Notes: generated by a model from the letters alone, not told the origin. Shown: positions 1 through 10,217, counted from the first letter of the stretch. The stretch is 64,000 bases of DNA from Deltaproteobacteria bacterium (GCA_026129095.1 JAHCIT010000008.1:71021-135020), one strand, 5' to 3'. Made by a program: numbers and translations.

Positions 1-3000
1 CATTCACGCTGCCAGCGTCAATGCCCGGATATCCGAAAAACGCATACCGGCTGAACGCGGTAACGCTGTCCTGGGCCTTCCGCCAGATTTCGGCCGTGCG
101 GGGAGCCTGCCACCGGAGCGTCTCACGGTAGAAAGCAGCCCACGCCTCCAGTTCATCCTCCGGCCGGGCGGCACCGGTTCCCAGAATCACGGCCGGAGCG
201 CCGGCATAGGCAGCCATCTCCATGAAAACCTGCCGCTCCAGCGGGTGATCCGGCTGGAATCCGGTCACCACCCACAGGTGCGGCTCACCGGAAAGCGACG
301 TGAACCTTGTGACTGGCAGACGCCCGCCGGACAGCTCCAGCGCGGTTTCGCTGCCACGCCCGGTCACCGGAGAGAGCAGGTGAACGAAGTGATACTGCCC
401 GGCGAGATTCGACGCATCCGCGACAAAGGCATCCGGTCCGTTGTCGTCGTAGAAGAAGCCCCGGATACCGGGGATGGCACCAGCGAGCGTTTCCAGCTGT
501 TTCTGGAGTTCGCGGGCGCGGGGAGCCGAACCGTCACGGACCGCCGCGCTGGAGACGAGCAGCCCCCGCCGCTTGTTGATGTTCCGGCGGGCAAAAGCCG
601 TGACGTAATGCGCGGCAGACACGTATCGTGATGTGACTGGCACGGGGGGTGCAGCGGCCGACACCCAGTGCGTCACCGTCCCCGGACCGTCTCCAGCTGC
701 CAGTGCATCCATGCTGGCCAGAACAAAATGACGATCGTTCATGATGATGAACGATTCCTCCCGGCCTTCCAGCGCGAAAACGATCCGCTCGTCCGGGCCC
801 AGATCGTACTGGATATCGGATGCCTTCGGCGGCCTGACCGACAGGAGATAGCCAAGTTCTGGCGCTTTATCCTGAATCGTCCCAAGTGCGGCGGCGTACC
901 GGGTGCGGGCCTGATCGGCCGCCCGCTGGAGTTCCCGGAACCTGGCCAGCGACTTGCCCGACGCTTCCCGTTCAGGAACTGCCAGCAGGGCCGATACCGC
1001 CTCCGTCCATTTATCCGACGCCTCGCGGAACTCCCTGAACAGATCCCGGTCAGCCTCCCGGCCAGGCGGCGTGAGGGAAGTCCCGAGCGTCCAGATGGTA
1101 CTGATCCGGCGGGATCTCTCCTCATATTCGACCAGCTTTTCCAGATCGGCCTCTTTCGCCGTCCCGGCGGCTTCCCGGTACAAACGGTCCGCTACTGCCC
1201 CCAGTGTCCGCCGGAGCGCGCGGCTCCGGATACCGGCAGGAAGGAAGGACGGCTGCCAGGGGCCGGACTGATCCAGATGCGAGACAAACCGGCCGCAGGC
1301 AGCCGGTTCATCGAGGAGTTCGCACCGCATCGCATCCCCCCACAAACCGGCATCACCAACGCGATAGAGGCTGGCCAGTTCGGAAAACTCGGTCAGGGAT
1401 TCAGCCACGCCTTCCGGAAGTCCGGCAGCCGAAAAAGCCCAGGCCTCGTCGAGCAGGCCTGTGAGGCGTTCCCGCACAGTGGAACGGCCGGTCAATCTTT
1501 CGTAGTCGGCAAAAACCCGGCGGGCCCGTATCAACCGTTTCAGCGGAAGAAGCCTTTGGGCCGCATCGGCATCCGGTGGCATCGTCCGGAGCAGCACCAG
1601 CCCGCTCAAGGTGAGGAGATCCGCCATTATGCGGAGATCCACTGCCGCTCCCTGTGCCTTGCGAGCGTCAATATCCTTGAGAAGCTGGTTCGTCCGGCCG
1701 GTCCACAGACCAGCACCCTCTTCGCCGGGATTTTCCACCAGCAGTGCCATCCGGCTGGCCACCACGGTCGCCTGCCCTGCGATATCTCCGAATTTGACCG
1801 CCAGTTCATAGGCGTCGTCAAAACGCTCCAGCGCCCCTGCCGTATCGCCTGACCGGTAGAGCATCGCACCCAGGCGGCTAAGTGCGGAGGCGCGCTGCCG
1901 GTTGCCGTCAATATCGTCGGCGGCCGGTTTCACTTCCAGCATCCGTTCGGCGGCGGCAATGGCCCCCTCCCGGTTGCCGATAGCCTCCATCGCCCGGCTT
2001 CGCCAGGTTTCGCCGAGCCGTGTCTCGTCACGGACGCTGAAGCCCCACGGCGCATCCGTCGCCGTGACTCCCAGCTTGATGGCGAAGGTCGCCGGGGAAG
2101 CACCGGCCCGGCGATCTGTTGCCTTCGCATTCCGGGAAAGCGCCAGTTCCCATCGCTCCAGTTCCCGGAGCGTTCCGGCATGATCTCCCATGCGGTACCG
2201 CTCGATGGCCAGGTTCCGGGCGAGTATGTGTTCCGAACCTGTCTCGCCCAGTTCCTCCGCCAGCGCCCCGGCGGCCTCGAACGCTTGAGCGGCTTCCGAT
2301 GGCTGCTCCGTCACCTGGTAAATCAGTCCGAGATAGCCGGTAATCGCCAATTCAAACCGCCGGTCACCGGCCTTGCGGGCCATTTCCAGCGCCACCCTTG
2401 CGGCACCGACTGCTTCCCCGAATCTTTCAGCATGGAACAGGGTCCGCATCCACCTGTCGGAGAGCAGCAGGGCCCGCCGTTCATCCCGCGGGTAGTCACC
2501 GGACCGGAAATACCTTCCGAGGAATTCCGATGCATCCCGGTAGTTGGGAGCCGGGAAATCGAGGAATGCCAGTCCGATAGCGAGTTCCAGTTCCCGCTCC
2601 CTTTCCGGCTGTCTCCCCTGCCGGGCGTATACGAGGGCCGTCTGGTAGGCGGTGATGGCATTTTCCAGATGGCCCGCGCTCTGGCGGGCCGAGAATGTCG
2701 CGCCCTCCATGATAAGGAAATGCTCAAGCATCTGGTACAAGTACCCAAGAAAATGGTGCAGGTCGGGCCGGTCAAACCGGAACGCCAGGGCATCCTCCAG
2801 ATACGATATGGCCCGCTCAGCCCCGCGCTTCGACCGGTCCTGCCTCCATGCCTCCAGGGCGGCGACGTAGCGGCGGGTGGCTTCATCCCTGACTGGTGGG
2901 AGCGTATCCGGGGACCGCGCCGGTTCGTGCTCCGTAGCAGGGGAAAATCCCAGGGCGTAGTGCGCCTCCGGGCAGTCGGGATCAATCCGGAGCGCAAGTT

Positions 3001-5002
3001 CAAGCAGCGGCCGGCGGTGGGCTTCCGTATCCGGAGGGAGCCGGGCGGCGAGGTACAACAGCGCATCCACCAGCGCCGTCGCCGCCTCAGGCCCGGCTCC
3101 GGCAAGTTCCTGCTGGTGCTCGAGCAGCATGCGGCTCTCGCCAGACTGGACTGCAAGTGCGATGAGCGCCGGGGCCCAGTCCCTCCGCAAGGCAGGATCG
3201 GCAAGATACAGGCCGCGACTGGCCGTCAGTTCCAGTTCCGCTGACCTGAACTGGCCCGTCTCGCGATAGACCCCGGCGACCTTCAGGCCGACCCGGCCGC
3301 GCAGGTAATCGGGAGCATCCAGTTCCAGCCGCCGGAGCGCGGCAATCCGGTCCTCGGGCGCGGCGTAGAGCTCCGATGCGAGCCGGATCATCCGCTCGGC
3401 CGCCTCAAAACGGACACTTTCCACCGGTCCGTAGCTTCGGACCACCGCCCTCAAAAGGTCGATTGCCGCCGACTGCTCGCCCATTTCGGCAAATATCGCC
3501 GCCCGCTCCAGTGTCGCCGCACCGGCGATATCACGCTCGCTACCGTACTCCGCTTCCACGCGGCGGAATGCATCCAGTGCAGCCAGAGGCTGGCGATAAC
3601 CGCCGTAAAGGCGGCCCAGTTCCAGCAGCGCGAATGCACGGAGCGGCATTTCCAGCCCTCTGTTCTCCACGCGGGAGCGGAGTCCGGTTTCATATTCCCC
3701 GAACGCCGTGACCAGTTCCGGATCGTCCAGCGGAAGCCCTGTGGCGCGGAGAATCTGCTGGTCGAGGGAAATCTTGAGAATCTCCGCCCGGCGGGCCCAG
3801 TAGTCGCTACTTCCCTGGATCATCCTTTCCAGTGCAGACAGGGCGGGCCCCCAGAGCCCCAGCTTCAGGAGTTCCTCGGCACGGTAGTAGTGGGCTGCCC
3901 GGGCAGTATCCTCTCCGAATATCTCCGGAATCATGCGCCGCCAGGCGAGCAGCCGGTCTGCCGGACCCGGAACCGCACGGACCACGGCCAGCGGTTCCTC
4001 CATCGAATCCGGGGGACGCTGGCTGTAGGGAAGACTCCAGAGGTTCAGCTGCCCGGACCTGTCCGATGTAACGACGAGCCGGCCGCCCGCGGTAGCCGGC
4101 AGCGTGGCCGTGCTGGCCGACGAAGTGAGCGCCTGATAGTCACGTCCGGCCTTTCCAGTGGCGGTATCGAACGACACGGACCACAGCGTCGTACGGTCGG
4201 CGGTGTCGATCACCCCGTCCATATTGGTATCATCGGCGAATACCACCAGAAAGATGCGGCCGTCGCCAAAGACCGCCATCGCCTCTTCAAAGGGCAAGTC
4301 CGTCAGCCGTGCTGCCCTGCCCAGCTTCATGCCATCCCTCGGCGCCACCTCGATCTGGCGGCGGTTGCGGCTCCTGCGGGTGAAGACCACCCAGCGGCCG
4401 TCGGGCGAAACGTCGGCACTGTACGCACCCGAAGGGCCGATACTGCTGAACTCGCCCGTTTTCGTGTCGAAAACTTCCAGACTCCGGCGGCTTCCAGTCA
4501 CCCGGGTGACCATGAGCCGGCGGTTATCCAGCCAGACCGGGTCTTCCTCACCGGAGCCCGCCTGGCCGGGAGGGACGGAGACATTCCTTTCGCCTTCCCG
4601 GAAATCGGTAACGGCAAGATCTCCATACGCATCTTCCCGACGGGTGATGAAGGCGATCCGTTTCCCGTCCGGCGAAATTGCCGGTGCATAGTCCGCCGCT
4701 GAATGGCTGGTGATCTGGACTGGCGCAGCGGCTGTATCGAGATCGACCGACCAGATATCCCAGTTTCCCGACCGGGCCGATACGAATGCCAGCTTCTGTC
4801 CATCGCGGCTCAGGGCCGGATCAAAATCGCCGCGATGATGGACCGACACCGGAAGCATGGGTGGATTCAGGTATTCGGCGAGTGACGCGGCGGGAGCTTC
4901 CACGGCGGGGCGGGCAGGCTGGAACCACTGCCGCTTGCGGGCACAGCCCGAATGCGGCACCAGCAATACCGCCGCCAGGCACAGCACAGCCAGGGATTTC
5001 AC
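1..5002 (-). CDS. Giant exported protein (partial, >1660 aa, 3' end outside window): N-terminal PD40/TolB-like beta-propeller, TPR-like helical repeats, degenerate CHAT-like domain
   Basis: GTG at 5002-5000 overlaps the TGA of the upstream gene (GTGA). Manual translation: MKSLAVLCLAAVLLVPHSGC (signal, possible lipobox), DPALSRDGQKLAFVSARSGNWDIW, APAISPDGKRIAF, ADVSPDGRWVVF (PD40), DDTNMDGVIDTAD, TPR-like helices, then APELGYLLSVRPPKASDIQYDLGPDERIVF and AYAGAPAVILG..AFYRE..YAFFGYPG. The frame is the same at both ends, and the track lists no minus ORF ending in this frame, consistent with no internal stop. Confidence 0.85.
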   Translation of the reverse strand, partial: MKSLAVLCLAAVLLVPHSGCARKRQWFQPARPAVEAPAASLAEYLNPPMLPVSVHHRGDFDPALSRDGQKLAFVSARSGNWDIWSVDLDTAAAPVQITSHSAADYAPAISPDGKRIAFITRREDAYGDLAVTDFREGERNVSVPPGQAGSGEEDPVWLDNRRLMVTRVTGSRRSLEVFDTKTGEFSSIGPSGAYSADVSPDGRWVVFTRRSRNRRQIEVAPRDGMKLGRAARLTDLPFEEAMAVFGDGRIFLVVFADDTNMDGVIDTADRTTLWSVSFDTATGKAGRDYQALTSSASTATLPATAGGRLVVTSDRSGQLNLWSLPYSQRPPDSMEEPLAVVRAVPGPADRLLAWRRMIPEIFGEDTARAAHYYRAEELLKLGLWGPALSALERMIQGSSDYWARRAEILKISLDQQILRATGLPLDDPELVTAFGEYETGLRSRVENRGLEMPLRAFALLELGRLYGGYRQPLAALDAFRRVEAEYGSERDIAGAATLERAAIFAEMGEQSAAIDLLRAVVRSYGPVESVRFEAAERMIRLASELYAAPEDRIAALRRLELDAPDYLRGRVGLKVAGVYRETGQFRSAELELTASRGLYLADPALRRDWAPALIALAVQSGESRMLLEHQQELAGAGPEAATALVDALLYLAARLPPDTEAHRRPLLELALRIDPDCPEAHYALGFSPATEHEPARSPDTLPPVRDEATRRYVAALEAWRQDRSKRGAERAISYLEDALAFRFDRPDLHHFLGYLYQMLEHFLIMEGATFSARQSAGHLENAITAYQTALVYARQGRQPERERELELAIGLAFLDFPAPNYRDASEFLGRYFRSGDYPRDERRALLLSDRWMRTLFHAERFGEAVGAARVALEMARKAGDRRFELAITGYLGLIYQVTEQPSEAAQAFEAAGALAEELGETGSEHILARNLAIERYRMGDHAGTLRELERWELALSRNAKATDRRAGASPATFAIKLGVTATDAPWGFSVRDETRLGETWRSRAMEAIGNREGAIAAAERMLEVKPAADDIDGNRQRASALSRLGAMLYRSGDTAGALERFDDAYELAVKFGDIAGQATVVASRMALLVENPGEEGAGLWTGRTNQLLKDIDARKAQGAAVDLRIMADLLTLSGLVLLRTMPPDADAAQRLLPLKRLIRARRVFADYERLTGRSTVRERLTGLLDEAWAFSAAGLPEGVAESLTEFSELASLYRVGDAGLWGDAMRCELLDEPAACGRFVSHLDQSGPWQPSFLPAGIRSRALRRTLGAVADRLYREAAGTAKEADLEKLVEYEERSRRISTIWTLGTSLTPPGREADRDLFREFREASDKWTEAVSALLAVPEREASGKSLARFRELQRAADQARTRYAAALGTIQDKAPELGYLLSVRPPKASDIQYDLGPDERIVFALEGREESFIIMNDRHFVLASMDALAAGDGPGTVTHWVSAAAPPVPVTSRYVSAAHYVTAFARRNINKRRGLLVSSAAVRDGSAPRARELQKQLETLAGAIPGIRGFFYDDNGPDAFVADASNLAGQYHFVHLLSPVTGRGSETALELSGGRLPVTRFTSLSGEPHLWVVTGFQPDHPLERQVFMEMAAYAGAPAVILGTGAARPEDELEAWAAFYRETLRWQAPRTAEIWRKAQDSVTAFSRYAFFGYPGIDAGSVN

Positions 5003-5589
5003 TTCATCTGTTCCCACTGTCCGGAGGGTGTTTGCACCCAGTCCCCGGTCCGGGCACCGTCCCGGTAGAGCCTGGCGAATACCGCTTCCACTTGCGGCCG
5101 GTCGATTTCCGAGAGATTCGGATTCATCGAGATCACGCCATCAACGATCGTTCGCCGGTCGGTATTCTCGTCGGCCGCTATCCGTTCGATCCGCTGCCGG
5201 TCCCGGTCAGCCGCCGGCAGGCGATTGGCAAAAACGAACAAATAACCCGTGTTCGCTTCACCCACGAAACCGGCTGCCTTGATCTGAAGCAGTTCATCCC
5301 GCTGGTATTCCTGATGCAATACCGCCTTGAGGACGTTTTGCCGGACCAGCGAGAGGCTTTCGGCAGGAGCATCCGCCGCGGTCAGTCCGGACATGTCGCC
5401 CCGGACATCCACGCCCGGAACAGCAGCCAGAAACCGGTCGTCACGGCGAAGATATTCGTAAGTGCCCAGGACCTGGTTTTCCAGCGCGGTTTTCTCCGGC
5501 AACCCGAGGATGACGATCGTCGGGTTGCAGCCTCCCGCCAGGAGAGCGAGCAGCGCCAAGGCCCCTGCCAGCATCAGTCCGGGTTTCAC
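4999..5589 (-). CDS. DUF1318/YdbL-family lipoprotein with YnbE-like N-terminal segment
   Basis: Lipobox-like LLAGGC; motifs KAAGFVGEANTGYL, ENTDRRTI, GDWVQTPSGQW typical of YdbL/DUF1318; GTGA overlaps with both neighbours. Confidence 0.8.
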   Translation of the reverse strand: MKPGLMLAGALALLALLAGGCNPTIVILGLPEKTALENQVLGTYEYLRRDDRFLAAVPGVDVRGDMSGLTAADAPAESLSLVRQNVLKAVLHQEYQRDELLQIKAAGFVGEANTGYLFVFANRLPAADRDRQRIERIAADENTDRRTIVDGVISMNPNLSEIDRPQVEAVFARLYRDGARTGDWVQTPSGQWEQMK

Positions 5590-8500
5590 TGTGTCCCCTG
5601 CTTCCGCCGCAGATTGTCCATGATGACGGCCAGCGGTATCCGGTTGATGTGCTGCTCAAGCTTCAGAACCGTCCGGCCCAGCACCGGCAGCAGCAGCCGG
5701 ATTGCCGCGCTCGTGAAAAAATCCCCGATATTGCGGGTGATGAGCCGGGGTTTCAGCGCCACGATCATGTTGAGATATCCGTGCTCGGCCCGCATGAACA
5801 CGTAGTCAGGAACCAGACCTATACCGAGTTTTTCGCGGATATTCTTCATCTGCGGGTCCGTCCGTTCCGGATCCATGAGGTCCAGAAGGCCGTCGAGGGC
5901 TTCCTTTCCGATCCGCGTAACGTTGATCCGTGCGTCCACTCCGCCGCCGGGAGCCAGACGCAGACTGACGTTCTGGTTCACGAGGTAGTCTCCGGACATT
6001 ACCTGAAAGCTGCTCCGGCCCACCATGAGTGTTTCCGTGTTGAGACGCGACATGGAACCTTCCAGCCAGAGCGACGTGGCCGGATAGTAGTGCATCTCGA
6101 GCTCGGCGATCAGCACCCCCTCCAGCAGCCTTGCCTCCATCTGGCGGCAGCGGATCACATCCCCGTCCACGGTAACGACCGCCGAAAAATCATCCACCCT
6201 GGCTGTTCCGTACAATGCCTCCTTGAACCGGAGCGGTTTTCCGCCGGGATCGATCCAGGAGAGTCTCCGTTCCAGTATGGACAGGGCTTCCGGCGGCACA
6301 CCGTGCTCACGTACCGGCTGGATCACGAGGCCATCCGGTCCCATCCGGGCGATCAGGACGGCCGTGACCGGTCCGTTGATTTCCCTGACCTGAAGCCGTT
6401 CGCCCATCCGCACCGAGACGTTATCCATGTCGGCGCTGCCCGCCAGTTCGGCTTCCTTCAGGCTGTGCAGGTTGATCCGGAGGTTGCCGCTCACCCTGCC
6501 GCTTCCCGACAAACCCCGGCCGGCCGTCATTGCGGCGTCCTCGACCTGCAACCCGTATGATATCCGGAAACCGGCTCTCGGTTTCGACAAAAGCTGCTCG
6601 AAATTCCCGGTACCTTCGGCGGAGAACCCCGCAACCGGCTGGGCAACGGTAAACCGGTCCAGTTCGATCTGATTGAGATTTGCGTAGCTCAGGCGAGCCT
6701 CGGCTTCAGTATCCTCCAGAACCTTTTCGGCGCCAGGCGTGAGAATCTCCTTCGCGGCAATCCTGGCATCCAGTTCCTGCCGTTCATTTCCGTTACGGAA
6801 TACGAGATGTCCTGTTCCTCCCCGTACCGTCGTATCGCCCATTACGGCAGAAATGTCCGTCAGCGAAGCAATTCCCTCCAGCCGGATGGGAAGTTCGCCC
6901 GTCACCATCACATCCGGACCCGGCAACTGGCCAACTGCACGGATATCAGCCGTCCCGGTACCCTGTGGCCGGTAACGGGCGGCAGTCTGCCGGATGGTTT
7001 CCGGCATCCGGCGGACCAGGTTGGCCACCGAGAAGGGGTCAATGCGGGTACGGATATCGAGCCGCGGCCGCTGCCCGGATAAATCCGCCTCGCCCTCGAT
7101 CCGGCCGTTCAGCGTATCCTTCAGGGTGAACGGGGCCGACAGTTCTCGCACGCGGCGACGACCCGGATCGGCCACCATACGGAGCCAGAACGAGATATCC
7201 GGTGCCGCATCGCTCCCGAGCGCGTCTATGATGACCTCCCTCGCCCAGAACTCCACCGCCGTCCGGATGAGCCCCGGCTGGCTTTCAGGAGTGAACGAAA
7301 TTGTGGTCCCCAGTTCGCCGGCACGGTTACGGCCGTAGCGGACCTGGTAGGCGTGCCAGCCAATCTTGCCGAGCAACCGCTCCACCATCGCGCCAGCACC
7401 CATGCGCCCGGACAGTTCGCCGCTTCCTTCCAGCCTGCCGACCGCAAGGTTTCCATCCGGATCCGGCATCGAGAGCCTGATACTGGCTTCAGACTGGAAG
7501 TCCGACTGGAACGGCATGATGCTGCCAGATGCGCTGCCTTCGACACGCACTTCTCCGGCCAGCGAATCCAGGCCTGAGTGTTTCTCCTGCACCGGTTCGA
7601 TCGCCCGGCCAAGACGCCCAAGGTCCATCTCAGCCGACACGGTGGCCGCAAATGGCGACGGGGCGGCGGCCGACACACGGCCACTTCCACGAACCGTCAG
7701 CCAGTCAGCGACACCGAACTGCGCCGCCTCCACGGTCAGGGACCGCGCCAGTCCGCTGAATACCGCCCGGCTCCGGAAAACCAGTGGCAGGTCGAGGGCG
7801 AGCAGTTGAGGAACGGTTACCCGCGCCCGCAGCAGTTCCAGCCGGACCGGATCGGCAGTGACCGTTTCCAGAGCGGCATCAGCCGAAAATGCCACCGATG
7901 CGTCCAGTCCGCCGCGGAAACGGGGGGCGGGATCACCCGCTTCGGCGACCAGAATGTCGGCGACAGTAGCCGACAGGGTTCCCTGAACGACGCCTTTCGG
8001 GGCGCCAGCCACGAGACTCGTCCTGATTCCTGCGATACTGAGTTCTGGCCCGTTAGTGGCTGATGCCATCTGGATTTCTGCATTTACCGAACCGGCTTCT
8101 CCACTCTGGAATATGCCCTGCGGGTGACGGTCACCGGGGCCCTGCCACTCGAACCGCTTCGAACTGATCCGGCCGGTGAGACCCTCCACGACGAGATTTT
8201 CCCTGGCAATCCGATCCGCCCTGCCGGACAGCTCCAGCTTTTCCACCGACACAGCCAGTGGCTTGAACCTGATCTCACCCTTCACGACGGGTGCGGCCAG
8301 TTCCCCGCCTCTCACGGAAAGCGAAGTGCCCAGTGCCTCGGCTGCCGGACGCAACGGATCGAACCTCGCGGTCAGCCCGCCATCGATGCCCAACCCCCGT
8401 TCGCCTTCCGGCAGCCGGAACTGCGCCCGGCCTTCCAGGATTTCTCCCAGCCGGAACCTGAAATCGTACCAGCCGGGCGTTTCAGCATTCCGGAGCGCAA

Positions 8501-9347
8501 GCGACGCCTCACCCAGCGGCAGGGATTTTCCGTCCCTGCGGATATCAAGGCCAGCGGTAGCCAGTTCCGCCGAAATGCCGGGAGCGGACGGGTTTGCCGA
8601 ATCGAACTGCGACAGCAGGTGCCCGCCCAGCTCCGTTTCCACCAAGACGCCATTACCCAGAAACACTACTCGCAACCGGCCCTCACCAGCCGGAACAATC
8701 TTCACCTGTGCCGTCAGCCTCCCACCCGCCAACTCTCCGCCAAGTGCGGCACTGAAAAGACCGATTCGGGTCTCGCTGGAAGGGCTGTACACCGCAATCG
8801 ATCCGTCATGGATATCCAGCGACGATATCCTGAACCGGACGGGCAGTTCCGGAAGCCCGCCTTTTTTTTCTGGTGCGCTCTCCGGCGGCGGAGAGGCGGG
8901 CCGGTCCCGGGCCGCGACGGCTTCCGCAAAACCCATCCGTCCATCCGGCAGGGTTTCCAGAACGACCGCCATCTTTTCAGCCACGATCCGGTCCAGATCA
9001 ACAGTCCGGTTCATGATGGCAGGGAGCCACCACCGGACCTCCAGCCGGCCGATGGAAAGAACTTCCCGGTGCCTGAATGGCGGCGGAGCCAATAGACGGA
9101 TGCCGTCCATAACCAGGGTACCGGTCAGGGTGAACTGGAGCGAATCGATCTCTATCTCGCCGGCAATCCGCCGGTTCACCTGTTCGACCAGCAACGACCG
9201 GAGACGGCCCCGGTCAGCATGCTCGGCATAAAAGAGCACCGCTGATGCCAGCAGGATGGGCAGGATGCAGAGTCCCGCCGCGCTCCACAGGACGAAGCGC
9301 CGCCAGCCTGAGCGGCGACGGGGAGCCCCTTGTCCGTGAGTCGCCAA
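5586..9347 (-). CDS. AsmA/TamB/YdbH-like intermembrane (lipid-bridge) protein, 1253 aa
   Basis: TTG start with GGGAGG RBS; single N-terminal TM after a basic stretch; AsmA-like start (LVEQVNRRIAGEIEIDSLQFTLTGTLVMDGIRL); alternating beta-strand pattern throughout; adjacent to DUF1318 gene as in ydbH-ynbE-ydbL. Confidence 0.7.
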   Translation of the reverse strand: MATHGQGAPRRRSGWRRFVLWSAAGLCILPILLASAVLFYAEHADRGRLRSLLVEQVNRRIAGEIEIDSLQFTLTGTLVMDGIRLLAPPPFRHREVLSIGRLEVRWWLPAIMNRTVDLDRIVAEKMAVVLETLPDGRMGFAEAVAARDRPASPPPESAPEKKGGLPELPVRFRISSLDIHDGSIAVYSPSSETRIGLFSAALGGELAGGRLTAQVKIVPAGEGRLRVVFLGNGVLVETELGGHLLSQFDSANPSAPGISAELATAGLDIRRDGKSLPLGEASLALRNAETPGWYDFRFRLGEILEGRAQFRLPEGERGLGIDGGLTARFDPLRPAAEALGTSLSVRGGELAAPVVKGEIRFKPLAVSVEKLELSGRADRIARENLVVEGLTGRISSKRFEWQGPGDRHPQGIFQSGEAGSVNAEIQMASATNGPELSIAGIRTSLVAGAPKGVVQGTLSATVADILVAEAGDPAPRFRGGLDASVAFSADAALETVTADPVRLELLRARVTVPQLLALDLPLVFRSRAVFSGLARSLTVEAAQFGVADWLTVRGSGRVSAAAPSPFAATVSAEMDLGRLGRAIEPVQEKHSGLDSLAGEVRVEGSASGSIMPFQSDFQSEASIRLSMPDPDGNLAVGRLEGSGELSGRMGAGAMVERLLGKIGWHAYQVRYGRNRAGELGTTISFTPESQPGLIRTAVEFWAREVIIDALGSDAAPDISFWLRMVADPGRRRVRELSAPFTLKDTLNGRIEGEADLSGQRPRLDIRTRIDPFSVANLVRRMPETIRQTAARYRPQGTGTADIRAVGQLPGPDVMVTGELPIRLEGIASLTDISAVMGDTTVRGGTGHLVFRNGNERQELDARIAAKEILTPGAEKVLEDTEAEARLSYANLNQIELDRFTVAQPVAGFSAEGTGNFEQLLSKPRAGFRISYGLQVEDAAMTAGRGLSGSGRVSGNLRINLHSLKEAELAGSADMDNVSVRMGERLQVREINGPVTAVLIARMGPDGLVIQPVREHGVPPEALSILERRLSWIDPGGKPLRFKEALYGTARVDDFSAVVTVDGDVIRCRQMEARLLEGVLIAELEMHYYPATSLWLEGSMSRLNTETLMVGRSSFQVMSGDYLVNQNVSLRLAPGGGVDARINVTRIGKEALDGLLDLMDPERTDPQMKNIREKLGIGLVPDYVFMRAEHGYLNMIVALKPRLITRNIGDFFTSAAIRLLLPVLGRTVLKLEQHINRIPLAVIMDNLRRKQGTQ

Positions 9348-9377
9348 GGCCTGCGCTCCCCTCCCCGGCGGCGGAGA

Positions 9378-10217
9378 CTATTTCGCGTCGTCCGGCAGGT
9401 CCGTCAGCCCGTCAAGCTCCCGGTTCCAGCTGGTGAAATCGTCTTCCATGTCTTTCTGGTGATCGATCTTTTCCGGCTCGGCCGTGGCGGGATCGCCAAC
9501 ACCGAACGGCATGCGCATTCCCGCCTCGAGTATCCGCGTCCACTCCTCTCGGGTCACGTCACGAAACGGCGGAGGAACATCGCCGGGGCCCTGGACATCC
9601 CGGGGCGGAACAATACCGCCCGGAGTCACCGGATCCGCCGGCTTGAAGGGATCGTACCTTCCCACGGCGACCTTGCCTTCATACACCTTGAGCAGACCGG
9701 TAGCGCCGTCAGGCGACACGTTATCGCCGGCGAGCGGAAAGTAGCCGATTTCGAAGGCAGTCCCCCGGACGCCGGCAAAGGCATTCCCTGCGCTGACCCG
9801 GAACTGCGGGTCCGGAGCACCGAACAGGCGGGTGACCCGGGACCAGACACGGCCCACCGCCAGCCGTGCCTCCACCTGTGGGGCTTTCTGGCCGGGAGGA
9901 AAGTGCAGTTTCGTCAGCCGCAAGCGGGTTTCGGGCCCCAGGCGCATCACGCTGTCACCCGGCAGGGAGATTTCCGCACGGGATTTCTTGCCAGTCCTCA
10001 GGATATTTCCTTCAGTCACTGGCGACTTCAGCTTCAGCGGCTTCCAGGGGCCTTCCTCGGCCACGGCCGCTTCCAGAACGCCGTCAAGCCGCGTCACCTG
10101 TGCCGGTCTGGGTGCGGCCGGTGCCTGAGCGTGAACAACCACTGGAAAAATGACCGCCGCGGCAAGAAGCCTCAACGGAAAAAGGGAGCTGGTCCTCATG
10201 GCGTCGCCTGTCCCCAT
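9378..10217 (-). CDS. Exported FecR-domain protein
   Basis: Signal peptide (..PVVVHA-Q); FecR motifs GNILRTGKKSRAEI, DSVMRLGPETRL, AFAGVRGTAF, KVYEGKVAV. Confidence 0.85.
   Translation of the reverse strand: MGTGDAMRTSSLFPLRLLAAAVIFPVVVHAQAPAAPRPAQVTRLDGVLEAAVAEEGPWKPLKLKSPVTEGNILRTGKKSRAEISLPGDSVMRLGPETRLRLTKLHFPPGQKAPQVEARLAVGRVWSRVTRLFGAPDPQFRVSAGNAFAGVRGTAFEIGYFPLAGDNVSPDGATGLLKVYEGKVAVGRYDPFKPADPVTPGGIVPPRDVQGPGDVPPPFRDVTREEWTRILEAGMRMPFGVGDPATAEPEKIDHQKDMEDDFTSWNRELDGLTDLPDDAK

Noticed and set aside
245-4702. Plus-strand ORFs 245-631, 668-1852, 2180-3244, 3890-4702
   Set aside because: All are in register with the minus-strand giant gene and have no motifs; antisense shadows typical of high-GC DNA.
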